From positions 107,694,001 to 107,758,000 of the forward strand of contig OX597816.1 of assembly GCA_951406725.2 (NCBI GenBank): a DNA stretch of 64,000 nt. Reading direction: 5' to 3'. The position numbers and the translations under genes are program-made. This document shows positions 1 through 13,384 of the stretch, piece by piece. How positions within the stretch are numbered: the stretch's first letter is position 1; each line of letters begins with the position of its first letter. The DNA comes from Octopus vulgaris. Lineage: Eukaryota. The notes under the pieces are model-generated. The model was not told where the DNA came from and did not search any database. It saw only the letters and a program-made list of their open reading frames with translations.

Positions 1-134
1 TGATTGTATTTTTTTTATTATTATTTAAAATTTATGTTCATATATTTGTTTGCATGTGTTTACTTTATGCGTATTTCAGTATTATGTATACCTGCCATAT
101 AATTATATACATCATTAATATATAAGTGCATATG

Positions 135-142
135 TGTGTGTT

Positions 143-186
<44 letters not shown>

Positions 187-360
187 TGAAAAGAGGACGT
201 CTGTCTCCAAAGCTTGAAAGTTGAGTAACGTTTTCGTGTTTGGATTTGTAAACTACGGTAAGAATAACACTGGCCAGTATTTTGCCCCAAGAAAAGAATA
301 TATTTACTTTTGTCATGTCTGTACACACACACACACACACTATCACACACACACACACAC
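135..360. repeat. (TG)n and (CA)n microsatellites flanking a short repeat fragment
   Basis: TG run at ~135-187 and CA run at ~323-360; they generate the spurious VCVC/HTHT ORFs. Confidence 0.9.
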
Positions 361-3300
361 ATGTATGTAGGTTACACAGCTCGTGCATTGAGTTCTTCGT
401 TTAATTTTTATCCAGTTTCGTCCTTACTGGGCATATAAACTTTTTCTCTTTCTCCCTCACTTTGTGTGCGTGTGGTTTAAGTATGGCAACTAGAAAAATT
501 ATGAGAAGGGCACATTACACATAGTACTAATTATGAAAGAATTTTCAATAGAAGCTTTATATAAAACGTGTTATCTCAGATTCTACTATATAATTTGTGA
601 TTTTATAAAAAAAAATTATCAAAGCAATAGGAACTTGGCATCTAAATTTATTTTGCTTATCACTAAATAAATCTAATGATGGGCTGAAAGATTGTTGCTT
701 TCGCAATCTCTCAACTGGAGACAGATTATCGTAATATCAATAAAATCTGATCAGCACGGCAATGCTTCCTAAAGAGTTTAGGTTATTATCATTGAGTGGC
801 ACGTAAGTGTAACATATTTAAAAATCTAATATGTTGACGGTCAGATTAAGTTATAGCTTGGTTAGTACTTTCCTTCTTAGGCAACACAAACATTCAAAAT
901 TTGATTCTCTGTTTCTAAATTGCATTCCTTAGAAATTTGTAGAGATTCTTGGATATCTACGCCCATTCTTATGCAACGTACACAAACAGATAAAAGTTAG
1001 AGTGACTGATTTATTATATAAGTATTTTATTTTAAATTAACACGCATTTAAACAGATTATCGTTAAAGAATTATTTTAACCTAAAATCTAAATTTAATAA
1101 ATATAATAATGCATACTTATGTTAATAATCAATACAATGAAAACATTATATTTACAAAACAATTACAATATTCATTTATTATTTTATTCTTTCATTGGTT
1201 TCAAATACAGAACTGTGTCCATGCCTTGAAGAGTTTTTGTGGGCCGTCCCTGTGTTTCATTCTAGAAATTATTTTTGTCGTATCGCTAATTTGTTTTTTG
1301 CTACGAAGGGTTAGGGTGAATCTATTGTTCAGAGAATCTTTTTACTTTTGTGAGGAAGTGTTCCTTATGACAGATGTACGGAGAAAGAAAAACTTACACG
1401 ATATATACGTCTCACTCGCCTCACATAAATACAGAAAGGGTGATTTGTTAAATACTGATTGGACATCTAGATTTAAAGGAAGAATGAAAAGTGTATATAA
1501 GTAAAGTAATTCCAACAGGGGACGGAAGTCAATGTCACGACACTCCATGCACTGATAGCTTACCACACTTTCACATTTACTTAATTATCATATCGACACA
1601 ATCTTGCATGCTCACAGAAAAGACAATAAACTTGTGTAACATTCATTAAACACCACCGTTGCAAGTGAAATTGAAGTGATTACAAACCAGATCAAAATTA
1701 GAATGCAGACATGACTTCACATTAATGTAGATTTTATATCTAAGATAAGTCAGAAAGTTTTCTGTGTTATGACCTTTGATGCCTGATTGAACTGGTTTGT
1801 AATTTATTGATTTCTTACATTTGCCATCAAACAATGCTATTATCCGTATGTCGGGTCAGCAAGGCAGTCTAAATAGCATTTGCATCTCCCTCGAATTATA
1901 AACCATTGTCTTAAAAATTAGGAAGCCTTATTAGATACTCCTTTGATTACATATTTACCCAAAGGTAACTTGGAACTAAACATGAACAACAAATTTTACT
2001 CACCTTTTTAAAAAACATTTAAAAATATTTTTTACAAACAAATTACTAAGCTGACTGGACTAATTTAGCCTCATCTGGCTTTTGAAACTAGATCTCAGAT
2101 CTAAGATGATGTATTTTAGGATCGTGTAACGATCATCTTTTTCCCAAGTGTATTTACATAAAATTAGAACCATGTCGCGATATCAAGTTTACAAGATATT
2201 TACACTTGGCGTGCTTACCAACACCTGCTTCTAAAATTATTGATTTTCTTTGATAAGTCACAAGGTCAATTTTTGCAGTTGAAGGTTGTAAAGGCGATTG
2301 AAAAGACCCGGAGATATTAATAGTAATTATTTTATCAACACCCATCAATGAAAGTCGAAATCAAATCCACACTGCTTCTGTCATCTTCACTAGACATCTT
2401 TCAACTAGATTAATCAAATAGTTGTTATGCTTAGTCTACTTTTGCTACCAATAAATTTTTGTCACAATTCCCAACATGTTCATATCGATTTTTATATATT
2501 CGCAATTTTGTGATTAATTAGATATTCAAGGCACACACACTTTCTGTAATTATCTGTGTATAATCATTATTTCCCATTTATTTCACACGCTGATTTATTC
2601 ATATATGTCTGCTTTTGACTGATACCTGTTAAGGAAACAAACAAACAAAACATCTTAATTCCGTTTACTATAAACTAGTGGTTTGTCTTACCGTCTCTAA
2701 GTAATATTTTTAAAGATGCCGATAGTTTAGAGTGCAAAGAGAAAAATAAAGTAAAATATTTTTGGTAAATAAGGCAAAAGATATCATATTATATTAGTTC
2801 AATTGCTACCTAGGAGAGCTAGGCTGGCAGTTATAAATATTTTATTATGTTTGATTGTAATAGCAAAAGGTTTGTGATAAATTTAGAGGCTTTCATTCAA
2901 ATATCAATAAGTAAATTTTAATTCACATAATTTGAATATATATCACGTAATTTACGGCAATTAATCTTTTACATTTTGTTGTGCTGCTGTAAACTACAAA
3001 AGCAATTTCATGATTATTCAGGCTGATGCACGTACAATTTAACCGATACACATACATAAATATAATTTATATGTATACAGGATAGCACGGGTGCTTTTGT
3101 GAACAGGATAGGAAAGTACCTTGTGGAAAGGTAACTGGTTTATATCTTTTCACTGACATTAAGTTGCTCCACTGTCTACAATACTTTCGAATACAGAAGT
3201 TTAACCTAAATAGGTTCTACAGGTTAGGAACAACTCGTTGATGTAGAAAGCAGTTATATTATAAAATTGACGATTAATTTATTGTTGTTTAATAACAAAT

Positions 3301-4050
3301 TAGCCCTGATTAAGTAGAACTCTGGTCAAAGGCATTCCACTCATATTCATCACCTCTCTTTGAGAAATATTTATCTGCATTATCTATTTTAAATGACATT
3401 TGGATACTATTTCGAATAGCTCGATCGAATGCATAGAAGATTCTGTATTAGTTTATGATGCCGAAGAACCCATTAGCACCCAGGATTCTTTTTGTAGGAC
3501 CAGAAGGATAATCGATCATATTTCTGCAACAGCTGCAATTTCTAAAATATCTTCAGTTAGTCACCAAGACTGGAGTGTCTTTCAAATATTACACCTACTT
3601 TGTGATGTATATTGGCAACACTGATGTCTCAGTTTTCAGTACAGTGTGAAAACTTTGAGGGAAAGGATACACTCAGTTTCATCTATTACTCAATCAAAAG
3701 GTTTTTGGTAAGTAATACTTATATCCAATCCATATTTGTATATAGTATAAATAATTGTTCTAACTGTTCTATAAAGTCAAGAAAATACTTGAAAGTAATT
3801 TTGCTCAAATATAGAATGCTCTAAAATTTTGGTCCTAATATGAGGACGATGGTCACTAGAGAACCATTTTTTCCCATGTTGCATAAAAGAAAAAACAGTT
3901 TGCAGGGGCAAACTTTTTTATGCTGAAAACATTTTCTATGTATAGACAGCACTGAAAAAAAAATGTATCCGACCTTTATCTTTCAGGATGTGTCAGGAGG
4001 TGTTGAGCTTCATCGCTATGATAATGAAGAGCTAACACAACCAATCACGG

Positions 4051-4822
4051 GTACAGTACTTCCATCAGAACATCCCCCCTCCCCCCTTCATCTGACATCC
4101 ACTTCTGCTCTTCACTCCTACACACCTCCTCTCTTCATTGATAGCCACTACCCAATACCCCATCCAACACCCAACATCTCCATCCAACACCCCCATCCAA
4201 CACCCTCTACCCAACAATCTACCATCACATTACCTACACCTACACCCCCCACACATCACTCTACACACACTAGCACTGAGCATTTCCCAACACCCATACA
4301 GTACGCCAACATCCACACACCCACACACTATCGTCCACGCACTTACACATGATCTTCAATAGCGTCACCACAAATACCACTATATGAGCAGCCACACGTT
4401 ACAGACACACACACTTACACACAAACACACCAAGAGTTGTCAAAGACTTACAGACGCACTTCACCTACACGATTACACACGCACATACCCAGACTTCTCA
4501 AAGATTTGTTACAGTTTCTAGCCCTATTTACACACACACACTTACACATTCACACACACGCACGTGCACCTACACTGGGATCGCCATCTCTTTATTATCT
4601 CCCTTTCATCCGATCTCTTTAAACTTTTTTTTCTAATCAGTCGCCATGCTCGACCACTAATTCCACATTCTCTCTCTATTTTCTCTTATTCCTTTCTGCT
4701 GAAAAGCATAGGCTCGAAACGTAAAAGACTTTTACATTTTTAACTTCCCGAGCATCAAACCAATATACTCGCTTGTTGTTCATACACCTGTCATCGTCTT
4801 TTGCTTTTCTATAAATTTCAGT

Positions 4823-4826
<4 letters not shown>
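4051..4826 (+). mobile_element. Penelope-type terminal repeat (pLTR)-like relic with C/A-rich body
   Basis: C/A-rich low-complexity stretch ending in a hammerhead-like motif (4691-4729) and then (TA)n; same layout as other Penelope-like pieces in the window. Confidence 0.45.
4691..4729 (+). ncRNA. Degenerate minimal hammerhead ribozyme motif
   Basis: cttt-CTGcTGA-a-aagc-atag-gctc-GAAA-CG-TA-aaag: stem I cttt/aaag, stem II agc/gct, core A6 substituted. Confidence 0.55.
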
Positions 4827-4853
<27 letters not shown>

Positions 4854-4876
4854 GTGTATCTATCTATCTATACATA

Positions 4877-6865
4877 CTAGCTGACGTACTCGGCAACTCC
4901 CGGGAAAGCGGTGTTTATCCCTTGGTTCCATTCTCATGATTGTTTCGCTAATCTAATAAAACAATACAAAGTAGGTAACTCTTGAAACGATTTTGTGTAT
5001 TTACAGAGAATACCAAACTGTCTGATACAGGATTTTGCTTTTAAGAAATTCCAGTAAGCTAATAATACCCAAATCGTGAAGTCAGTTACGTAATAACATG
5101 AAATTAGTTATTCGATTGTAAGAACTCAAACAAAGTAGCCCCGAAAAGCTTTAATGGGTTCCCAGACTATATAGAACTTAGGAGGAAATACCAATAAGGT
5201 ATGAATACAAAAATCGTGAAGCATGTTATGTAATAACAGGGTAATCAGATATGAGATTATAACAATTCAAAGTAAATAACTCTGAAAAGGGCTTTTGTGC
5301 GTTCCCAGAGAATATAACCCTTAGGGGCGCTGGTGTTGAAATAGATTTACAATGAATGTAGAAACAGACTGACATTTAATTTTACAGTAGATATACAAAT
5401 AAATTTGCATATAGATTTAAAAATAAAATAACATGTAGATTATCAATATATTCACAACACTTAAAAATATTGCAGTTAAATAATAAATACCTGATGATTT
5501 GGTGAACCTTATTAAGTTTGCAGAGCTTTCCTTGTGGGGCATAAAGAAACAAATGATTAGGATTGCCGATACTTGAGCATCCCACATAAAGTTGGCCATG
5601 GGAGAAAACTGCTTCCACAAGGTTCAGACCTACCACAGCCAAAGACTGCCCCTGGGCCTTGTTAATGCTCATTGCAAAGCTCAGTTTCAACGAGAATTGC
5701 AAGCGCTTGTACTGGAAAGGCATATCCGAGGGAATAAGTAGAATTTTAGGAATGAATACAGGCTCACCGCTTGCTTTACCAGTCAAAATTGTTGTTTCTA
5801 AGACTGTTGGCATCATCTTCTTTATTATGAATCGTGTGCCATTGCAAAGCTTTGGTAGATCGAGGTTCGAAGCAGCATAACTGGTGCCCCAATCTTGAGG
5901 TGCAAGTTGTGAGGTAGGATAATTCACAGCTTCATCGATGTTGAGAACAGTGTCAATGGAACTGTAGATGTGACGCTCACCTGGCAACGTTTGCAGAAGT
6001 TTGATGTTCAAATCATCAACTTCCACATTCATTGGAGTAAAATGGCACGGTTTTTCAACCAGTTGTGGTCTGTAAACTGATTCATCAGGTGAGGAAACAC
6101 CTTATTCATTAGTTCCTTTAAATCAGACACCATATGTCCAAAATGCAAGCTTACCTGACCATCCTTCTTGGCAACCGAAGTGCCGTTACTGACGTCCAAC
6201 AGTTGTGTTGAAAAGGTTCTGTCTGCATCATCACCATTGAGCTGCACTCTCATGCTGGTTGTAAGTCTTAGCTTTTGCACACTGCTCCATAAGTAGGACG
6301 ACTTTATGCTGGCATTTACCTCATCAGCTCTTGTTCCCTTTGGATCCACGGGTAGGGCTTGTCTAAAGTCTCCTGAAAGTAAGACTGTGGTACCTCCCAC
6401 GAGCCTGGAGTTGTGTTTCATATCCTGAAGGGCCATGTCAAGAACTTCAAAGGAAACCTTATGGGTCATTGTCGCCCCATCGCAGATGATCAACCTGCAT
6501 TTTTTGGACAGATCGAAAGGGAGTTTGAAACAGGAATGAGCTATGCAGCCACAACTTAGCAGCGTTGAAGCTGTTCCACTTGACGCTACTGCTATGGCAA
6601 TGTGTTTCATTTGGTGCAGTTTAGCCAGAAGAAGGTTGATGACAAATATCTTGCCAGTTTCACCTAGCAGATGCGAAAAGAAAAGACCTCCTCTTTCACT
6701 TTCAATGCACGAAATAATGGTCTTATAAACATCCAGTTAGTCTTCTATCAGTTCGTGTTCGTTATCAGCTATATACGCCGTCAATGCCTCGGTGTTATGG
6801 CTAATTTCTCGCAGGTACTCAATTGCAAGATAGTTTGCTGCCTGTTCCAGTTGAGGCAGACCCAA
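4877..6865 (-). mobile_element. Helitron, 5'-truncated, with preserved 3' terminus
   Basis: Minus strand ends CCCGGGAGTTGCCGAGTACGTCAG-CTAG followed by T (degenerate hairpin + CTAG, as expected for an A|T target); contains PIF1 helicase relic. Confidence 0.9.
5520..6865 (-). pseudogene. Helitron PIF1-family helicase domain, frameshifted
   Basis: Motifs (E)TGKIFVINLLLAK, AVASSGTASTLL, LSGDFRQALPV, LCNGTR, KRLQFSLKLSFAMSINKAQGQSL, VFSHGQLYVGCS across ORFs 6029-6610 and 5382-6032. Confidence 0.92.
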
Positions 6866-7499
6866 TTGTTTATTATAAGAAAGGTGAAACATATTCTTCT
6901 ACAAGAAAGAAAATATGACCTCGATACAAAAAAACTTAACTCTAAAGCTATGATTAATATGATGAATAAAGATAAAACAGGTAATATATTATATCATAAC
7001 TATATATACTGGACAAAAATATCCAACATAAAAACAGGGTAGTAGAAACGACAAAGATAGACCTAACGTATAACTTTATATTGATAACAGGATAAACATG
7101 TATAGATTACACACCAAATATACTAAACCAGAAGCACGTTATGACCAAAATTAGAAACATATAAATAATAAATTAGCCATTGACCAAATCAAGTGGAACA
7201 TGGGACCTTACAATAATAATTGCAATATTAACATTAATTACAATATAAAAAGGCAAAATAAAAATTTTATACCTTATGTAAAATCCACAAAAACAAGCTG
7301 TGTTAATCTCAATTCTAGTAAAAGTAAAATAAAGGAGAATTGTATCTGATAAATATTACCCTTCGCTAAACAGGTAAAAACAACCATAATTGAAGTTACA
7401 CGTCGGATAATGAACACTTCTCTCGTAATAAAAACTAATATAGTGACATAATTCAGAATAAACATTTTATATTTCGTCATTCCGTTTCCCGTAATTTGT

Positions 7500-8107
7500 T
7501 TAGACATACATCTTCTATGAATTATGCAAAATTAGATAATTTTTACGCTAAGCCAAAACTTAATATTCCTCATATTAAACAAACACATAATGTACCAGAT
7601 AAAGCCAAATCTAAATATTCAAATATAAACAATCAATTAGTAGGTGCCTATAGCCCACCTACTAATTCTTGTGATAATCTTAGTAAGTTCTCTTATTGTA
7701 GGGTTAAAAAGCAATGTAAATTTGTCAATTATTGCAAGCGGAAGAACTTAGTATACCAAGCTATAGTAGAGGCTGAAGATAACTATTTTCCTAAATTGGT
7801 TCTACGGATTCATATATGAATCATATATGAAATCATAAATATTCTTTTAGAAACACCAGTAAACGTTCTTCGACTAATCGTAGTAAATTCATCTGGAAAT
7901 TAAAAGATATTGATATCAATTTTAAAAATAGATGGAAGATTATATGTTCTGCAAAACATTACCAACAACCTGATAGAAATTGTCAACTCTGCACCTCAGA
8001 GTGTTATAACATCCTTCTTTCTAGTAAGCAATTATTAAATGAGTGGGTTGAAAAATTCTCTGCTTGCCTACACACACCTAAATATCTATTTTATAAATAT
8101 CATTAAC
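7500..8107 (+). mobile_element. Penelope-like element relic (Cys-rich linker + GIY-YIG C-terminus)
   Basis: CRVKKQC...CKRKNLVYQAIV, then in a shifted frame WKIICSAKHYQQPDRNCQLCTSECYNI...LLNEWVEKFSACLH, matching PLE endonuclease C-termini. Confidence 0.7.
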
Positions 8108-8701
8108 AATTCTTTAATTATTAATATCACTATTTGTTAGGTTTCTTATCAACCACAAATACTTTTACTAAATTTGAAATTAATTAGATACTTATTAGAA
8201 CAAGCATTTATATCTATTATTTGATACAATATAAAATATATAATATATTGCCTGAATATACATACTTCTAACTTATCCATAATATATATAAATGTTTATA
8301 TTCCAACAAACATTCAATTTTATATTTTTCGTAATATATATATAAATAATATCTCCTTACCTATAAATTCCTGGCATACGAGTTAATCATTCTTATTTTC
8401 ACAGATTAAATTATATTATATTGTAATTCATATTTTAAAAATTATCTTTAAATATCAACACTTCGTTTAACTACTAAATAGTTCTAATATTCCTTAGCAA
8501 AATAAAAAAAAATCGATATTAAAGCAAAATACTGCATTTTTTTCTTCATATAACGTAATACGCTACTCCTACATACAATGAAATAATCTCCAATTTACTT
8601 ATTTATTTAATTAATAATCAATAATTACATATATATTATGCTATATTATAACAAATACCCAATATATGCTCCCATGTATTAAACTAAATTTTATTTCATT
8701 A

Positions 8702-9910
8702 TATTGGGTTGTTCGGAAAGTTCGTGTCGATTTATAGTAGCTTACCTTTCGACTTATTTTAGAACATGGTTGAGTCCATAAAATAGGATGTGACTACACC
8801 TCCATTTAGAGCACAGTTTAAGCTATCTTTTCGTAGAAGAAGGTTATGTTCCTATAACCTGTGCTAATTCTGTAACCCTTTAAAATGGAAGATAAGAAAG
8901 TTCATTTTCGGCACTTGATGCTTTTCTTTTTCCGTTAAGGGAAAAATGCCTCACAAGCAACCAAAGATATATGCGCAATTTACGGTGATGTTTCTTTATC
9001 CAAAAGAACTGTACGGAAGTGGTTCACAAGGTTCCGAGCTGGAGATTGTAGCCTTATTGATAAAAAGCGATCAGGCAGACCATCCACTACAGATAATGAC
9101 CAAATCAAGTCATTAATTGAGAATAACCCACATTGCCCAACCCGAGAATTAGCAGAAAGCCTCAACCTATCAAAAGCCGTCGTTCATGAGCACCTAGTAA
9201 AGCTTGAGTACACAAATCGCTAGGATGTTTGGGTACGTACATGAATCGAGCGAGAAGAACCTTTTGAATCGCATTTCCATCTGTGATTCGCTTCATAAAC
9301 GGAATGAAAACGTTACAGGTGATGAGAAATGGATTATCTACAAAAATGTTCAGGGAAAGCGATCCTGGAGTAAGTGCCATGAGCCACCCTTAGCCAACCC
9401 AAAAGCAGGTCTTCACCCTAAAAAGGTCTTGCTCTGGGTCTGGTGGAATTAGAAAGAAATTCTATACTATAAGCTTCTCCCAAGTAACCAGACATTTAAT
9501 TCTGAGAAATATTGCACACAACTGTACAAGTTAAAAGCAGCAATTCAAGAGAAACGTCCAGAATTGACCAACAGGAAGAGTGTTGTTTTCCAACATGATA
9601 ATGCAAGACCGCACATTTCTTTGGGAACCAGACAAAAATTGCTGCTGCTTGGCTGGGATGTGCTACCCCACCCTCCATATTCACCACATATTGTTCCTTC
9701 CGATTTTCACTTATTCAGGGATCTGCAGAATAGCCTTAATGGTAAAAATTTCAATTCCTTGAATGACGCAAAAAAGATACCTTGATGAATTCTTTGCCGT
9801 AAAACCACCTCAGTTCTGGGAAGAGGGTATTTTCAAGTTAAAGCAAAGACGGAGACGTATTGTGCAACAAAATGGTTCATATTTGGTTGATTAAAATGTA
9901 ATAGCAAGAA
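8702..9910 (+). mobile_element. Mariner (DD34D) element, right TIR missing
   Basis: TA + TTGGGTTGTTCGGAAAGTTCG TIR-like left end; near-complete transposase relic follows. Confidence 0.9.
8885..9894 (+). pseudogene. Mariner transposase pseudogene
   Basis: MEDKKVHFRHLMLF..., WFTRFRAG, RSGRP, VTGDEKW, FQHDNARPH, HPPYSPHIVPSDFHLF; several stops and frameshifts. Confidence 0.93.
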
Positions 9911-10019
9911 TTGGTCACCATTTTCAAGTATATGGGGCAAAATTTCATCAAGATTTTATGGGTAGTTATACTACTTTATGGGCTTATACTATGGTGTTTC
10001 ATGGGGTTAAATAGCAGTA

Positions 10020-10926
10020 GAATTGCGTTTCCCTCCATAGACAGTTCCGCAACCATAGAATAAATTTGATCAGATAAAATGCTTCAATAGTCTTGACTAT
10101 TAATTCTGCCACGAAAGAAAACCATTAAGCCGGCGCATTTCCAAGATATAGCTCCCCAGATCATCACAGATCCTCCTCCATGTTTAACAGTTGTAAGAAG
10201 GCAGTCTGGGTCAAATGCTTCATTTGGCTCTCTCCACACGTATACTCGGCCAGTGGTCGAAAATAATATAAAGAATGACTCGTCCGAGAAAATAACATTC
10301 TTCCACTGATCTAGGGATCAGTTCAGTAAGTTTTTACTCCAGTCTAAACACTTTGCAACGTTTGTTTTTGAAAGTAGCGGTTTTCTTATTACAGTCCTCC
10401 TGTGAAATCCGGCTTTGTGCAGCTCCCGGCGGACAGTTTTTGTGGAAACTGGGTTCTCGAGGTGGTCATTAAACTCTGCAGTAATTTTGGGAGCTGTACC
10501 TTTGTGATCCTTTCTAACAATTCACGTAAGTGTCCGAAGGTCCCTATCTGAAGTTTTGGTTTTCTTCCGGAGTTTTGTTTCGACGAGGAGGTTTTCCCCT
10601 CTTTCTCAAAGGTTGTCATTACTTTCGAGACATTACTTCTTGATATACCCAACATTTCGGCTGTTTTCGTTACGCTAGTGCCTGCCATACGAGCACCAAC
10701 AATTTGACCCCTTTGAATTTCCGATAGATCTATCATTTTAATCAATTTTAATTACCTTTTTCTGATGATATCTGAAAAGAAACAGCAATTTTAGCAAAAC
10801 ATATTTAGCAACACTAATAATAAAATCAAACGACATTAAAATGAACAAGCTTTTGACGGCTTTATAGATATTTCAAAATTATGTTGCTATGATGTTAGGT
10901 GTTTCCATTATTTTGTCCAACCCCTG
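10020..10926 (-). mobile_element. Tc1-family transposon, 5' TIR plus truncated transposase
   Basis: Minus strand TA-CAGGGGTTGGACAAAATAATGGAAACACC; ORF from ~10745 DLSEIQRGQIVGAR...SGRKPKL, later WKNVIFSDES and TVKHGGGSVMIWG; truncated before the last catalytic residues. Confidence 0.9.
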
Positions 10927-12175
10927 TATGTACGCACACATATAAACATAGTGCTTATATGAACAAACACTTATGTGTACGTATTTATCCATTTACAAAC
11001 ATGTACGTATATACATATAGATAAATCTCTTCATTCTTAACATATTTTGACAGATTTGAAATGTGGTGTTCTCCATTCAAATATTCACATTCAAATCTGC
11101 TGAAATGTGTTATGAATGAATATATATGCAAACCATCGTTTTAGGTTTTCAACGTTTCATCTGAAGATAATTTATTATCGACTTGGCAAGCACCATCATG
11201 CATCAGCAAATAAGTTGTGTGTCACATTCTATAAACAAGAACGACAATTTTTTTAAAAGATCTGAGTCTACATGAAGAGACACAATCAGGTCAACGCACA
11301 GACGTCTCAAACTTCTGTTATGTTACTGGGTCTAGTATGTCATCAACAAGTATCGTTTGAAAGAAGGTGTACTTCGAAGGTGAAATACAGGGTGCGGCAA
11401 AAGCAACCTGTTCATCAGTGTTGATAAACATTTCAACAGCAAACGCTCAGTGCTCAGTGGTTCAAAATACGATGGTAACTAAATCAGAAATAGGTAGGTG
11501 GAATATTAGCTGCATAAAGACGCCGATAGAACCTGGTTCACGTCACTAGCTGCAGTAGCGGGGCGGGTAAGTTTTCTTCCACTCTCTGGACAATATAGAT
11601 TAACATATTCATGCTGGAATCTGGTCGGAAAGTGTTAAGAATCAGTATGAGCACCATTGCTTCAATTCTCGTTGTTTTACAACAGACAGCAGACATGTAT
11701 GTATGTATATAAATATATATATAGAGAGAGATATCCATACACACACACACACATACACACACATACACACAAGTGTTTAGAATATTTCTATACACAAAGA
11801 GGAGACCTGTGACAGGACTCCTTAGATGCTAGAAAGGCCACTTAAAACCTAAACCAGAAAAGAAGAATTCATGAGACTGATTGTAACACCAGAACGAGCG
11901 AAAAAAGTGAATTAGTTAATTCCGAACTTGAGTTTCACCATTAATCTCCTAAATAAACTAATTTGGAATCTGTAGCTCGTCAGCGAGATCGCTAATGAAT
12001 AATTGTGTAGTTGCAAATATGTACTGAAAACACGTGTGCCAGGCAGCTACACCATAATCCATTTTGGTTTCAAACTTAGTGCGCGAGCGTAAATGCATAG
12101 CCCAGCAGCAAATAAATTTTAAAATGTCTACTATACAGCCTCTGAATTATAAATATTACTATCGTATTTACGATA

Positions 12176-12282
<107 letters not shown>

Positions 12283-12769
12283 ATGTTTGTGCATGTTTGT
12301 ATGTATGCATGTATATTGGGGCGTGTGTGAGTAAGTGATACAATTTTAGGTCTTACATTCAGCTTATTGGTAGAGTGCGTAGAATGCGTGCGTGCTGTTA
12401 CATGTTCTTCCAGTATACTGAAGTATTTTCAATCAATTATCTTGTCTTCTGTGTCAAACGTGCAACGTGATTACTGACGAGAAATGATTAATTATGATTG
12501 CAAAACTTTGGTCCAAAAATGACAAGATCTCGACAAAGAACAACTGCCAAGCAGTTTCAATCAGCAGTCGAAGTTGTTCTATGTTCATTTACCCTTGTTC
12601 AGTACCGGGTTAACTGATTTGTGGGTAGGACGAGAGATGGTGGTGTAAAGAAAACTCGACTTTGATATCAACAAAATGAATCCACAAGTCATATTGAAAC
12701 TAGAAACAATAAAATATCTCATCTACTCTCTGCCGTCTCTATCAACTAGATCTTGATCATGGAAACACC

Positions 12770-12985
12770 GAGAAAGCTCTAGGCTGTCGTTCATTCTCTT
12801 AGAAATACCAGTTAAACCTGGTTGAAAATCCGACTCCACAGTCTTAGAAACATTGAAAAAAGACATTCAATACTGTAGTCTGATATACACTATGATTGAA
12901 TAAAAGAACTGATGGTTGCAGATGGAACACTTTTGATAAATGATCTATTTGAATATAGTTGACCTGGGGCTAAATAACAATTATA
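12770..12985 (+). repeat. Old dispersed repeat (CTAGAAATAGCAGCC...GACCTGGGGCTAAACAAC type)
   Basis: Diverged copies of the same motif string also seem present near 1860, 3285(-), 11825, 27380, 41330(-), 45825, 46960 and 47180. Confidence 0.45.
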
Positions 12986-13261
12986 GCAAGAAGAAAAACT
13001 AGAAGAACAAAAACAACTGTATCTTCATAATTTAAATGTTTGATACTTGCGTCTAGCTATATGGAATGGTTATGGAATTGTCTGTGAGTTATGAAGTCTC
13101 CCCTTCACATTTTTGACGTTCGCTTTATTTATTAATTAGTCTATCCAAGATAACATAGAATTTGACAACTAATTTCGCTAAGTTTTCACCCTGAAATTTA
13201 CTTTATAAATTCTAGCATTGATTTTTTTTTCTTCTTTGAATGAAAATGAGAATGTAATTTC

Positions 13262-13289
13262 TTTTTCCTTCTTTCTTTCCTTCTTTCTC

Positions 13290-13384
<95 letters not shown>
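13262..13384. repeat. (TTTC)n microsatellite
   Basis: Direct tandem array. Confidence 0.95.

Noticed and set aside
2168-2254. DIKFTRYLHLACLP resembling a serine-protease segment
   Set aside because: Short, followed by a stop codon, and no catalytic motifs nearby.
3963-4352. Pro/His/Thr-rich mucin-like ORF
   Set aside because: Composition follows from the C/A-rich repeat DNA; no domain is recognisable.
4965-5330. CRISPR-like repeat-spacer array
   Set aside because: Whole units are diverged tandem copies inside a Helitron; eukaryotic context and no cas genes.
11386-11700. Possible Tc1/mariner-type MITE starting TA-CAGGGTG
   Set aside because: No matching right TIR or protein motif found.
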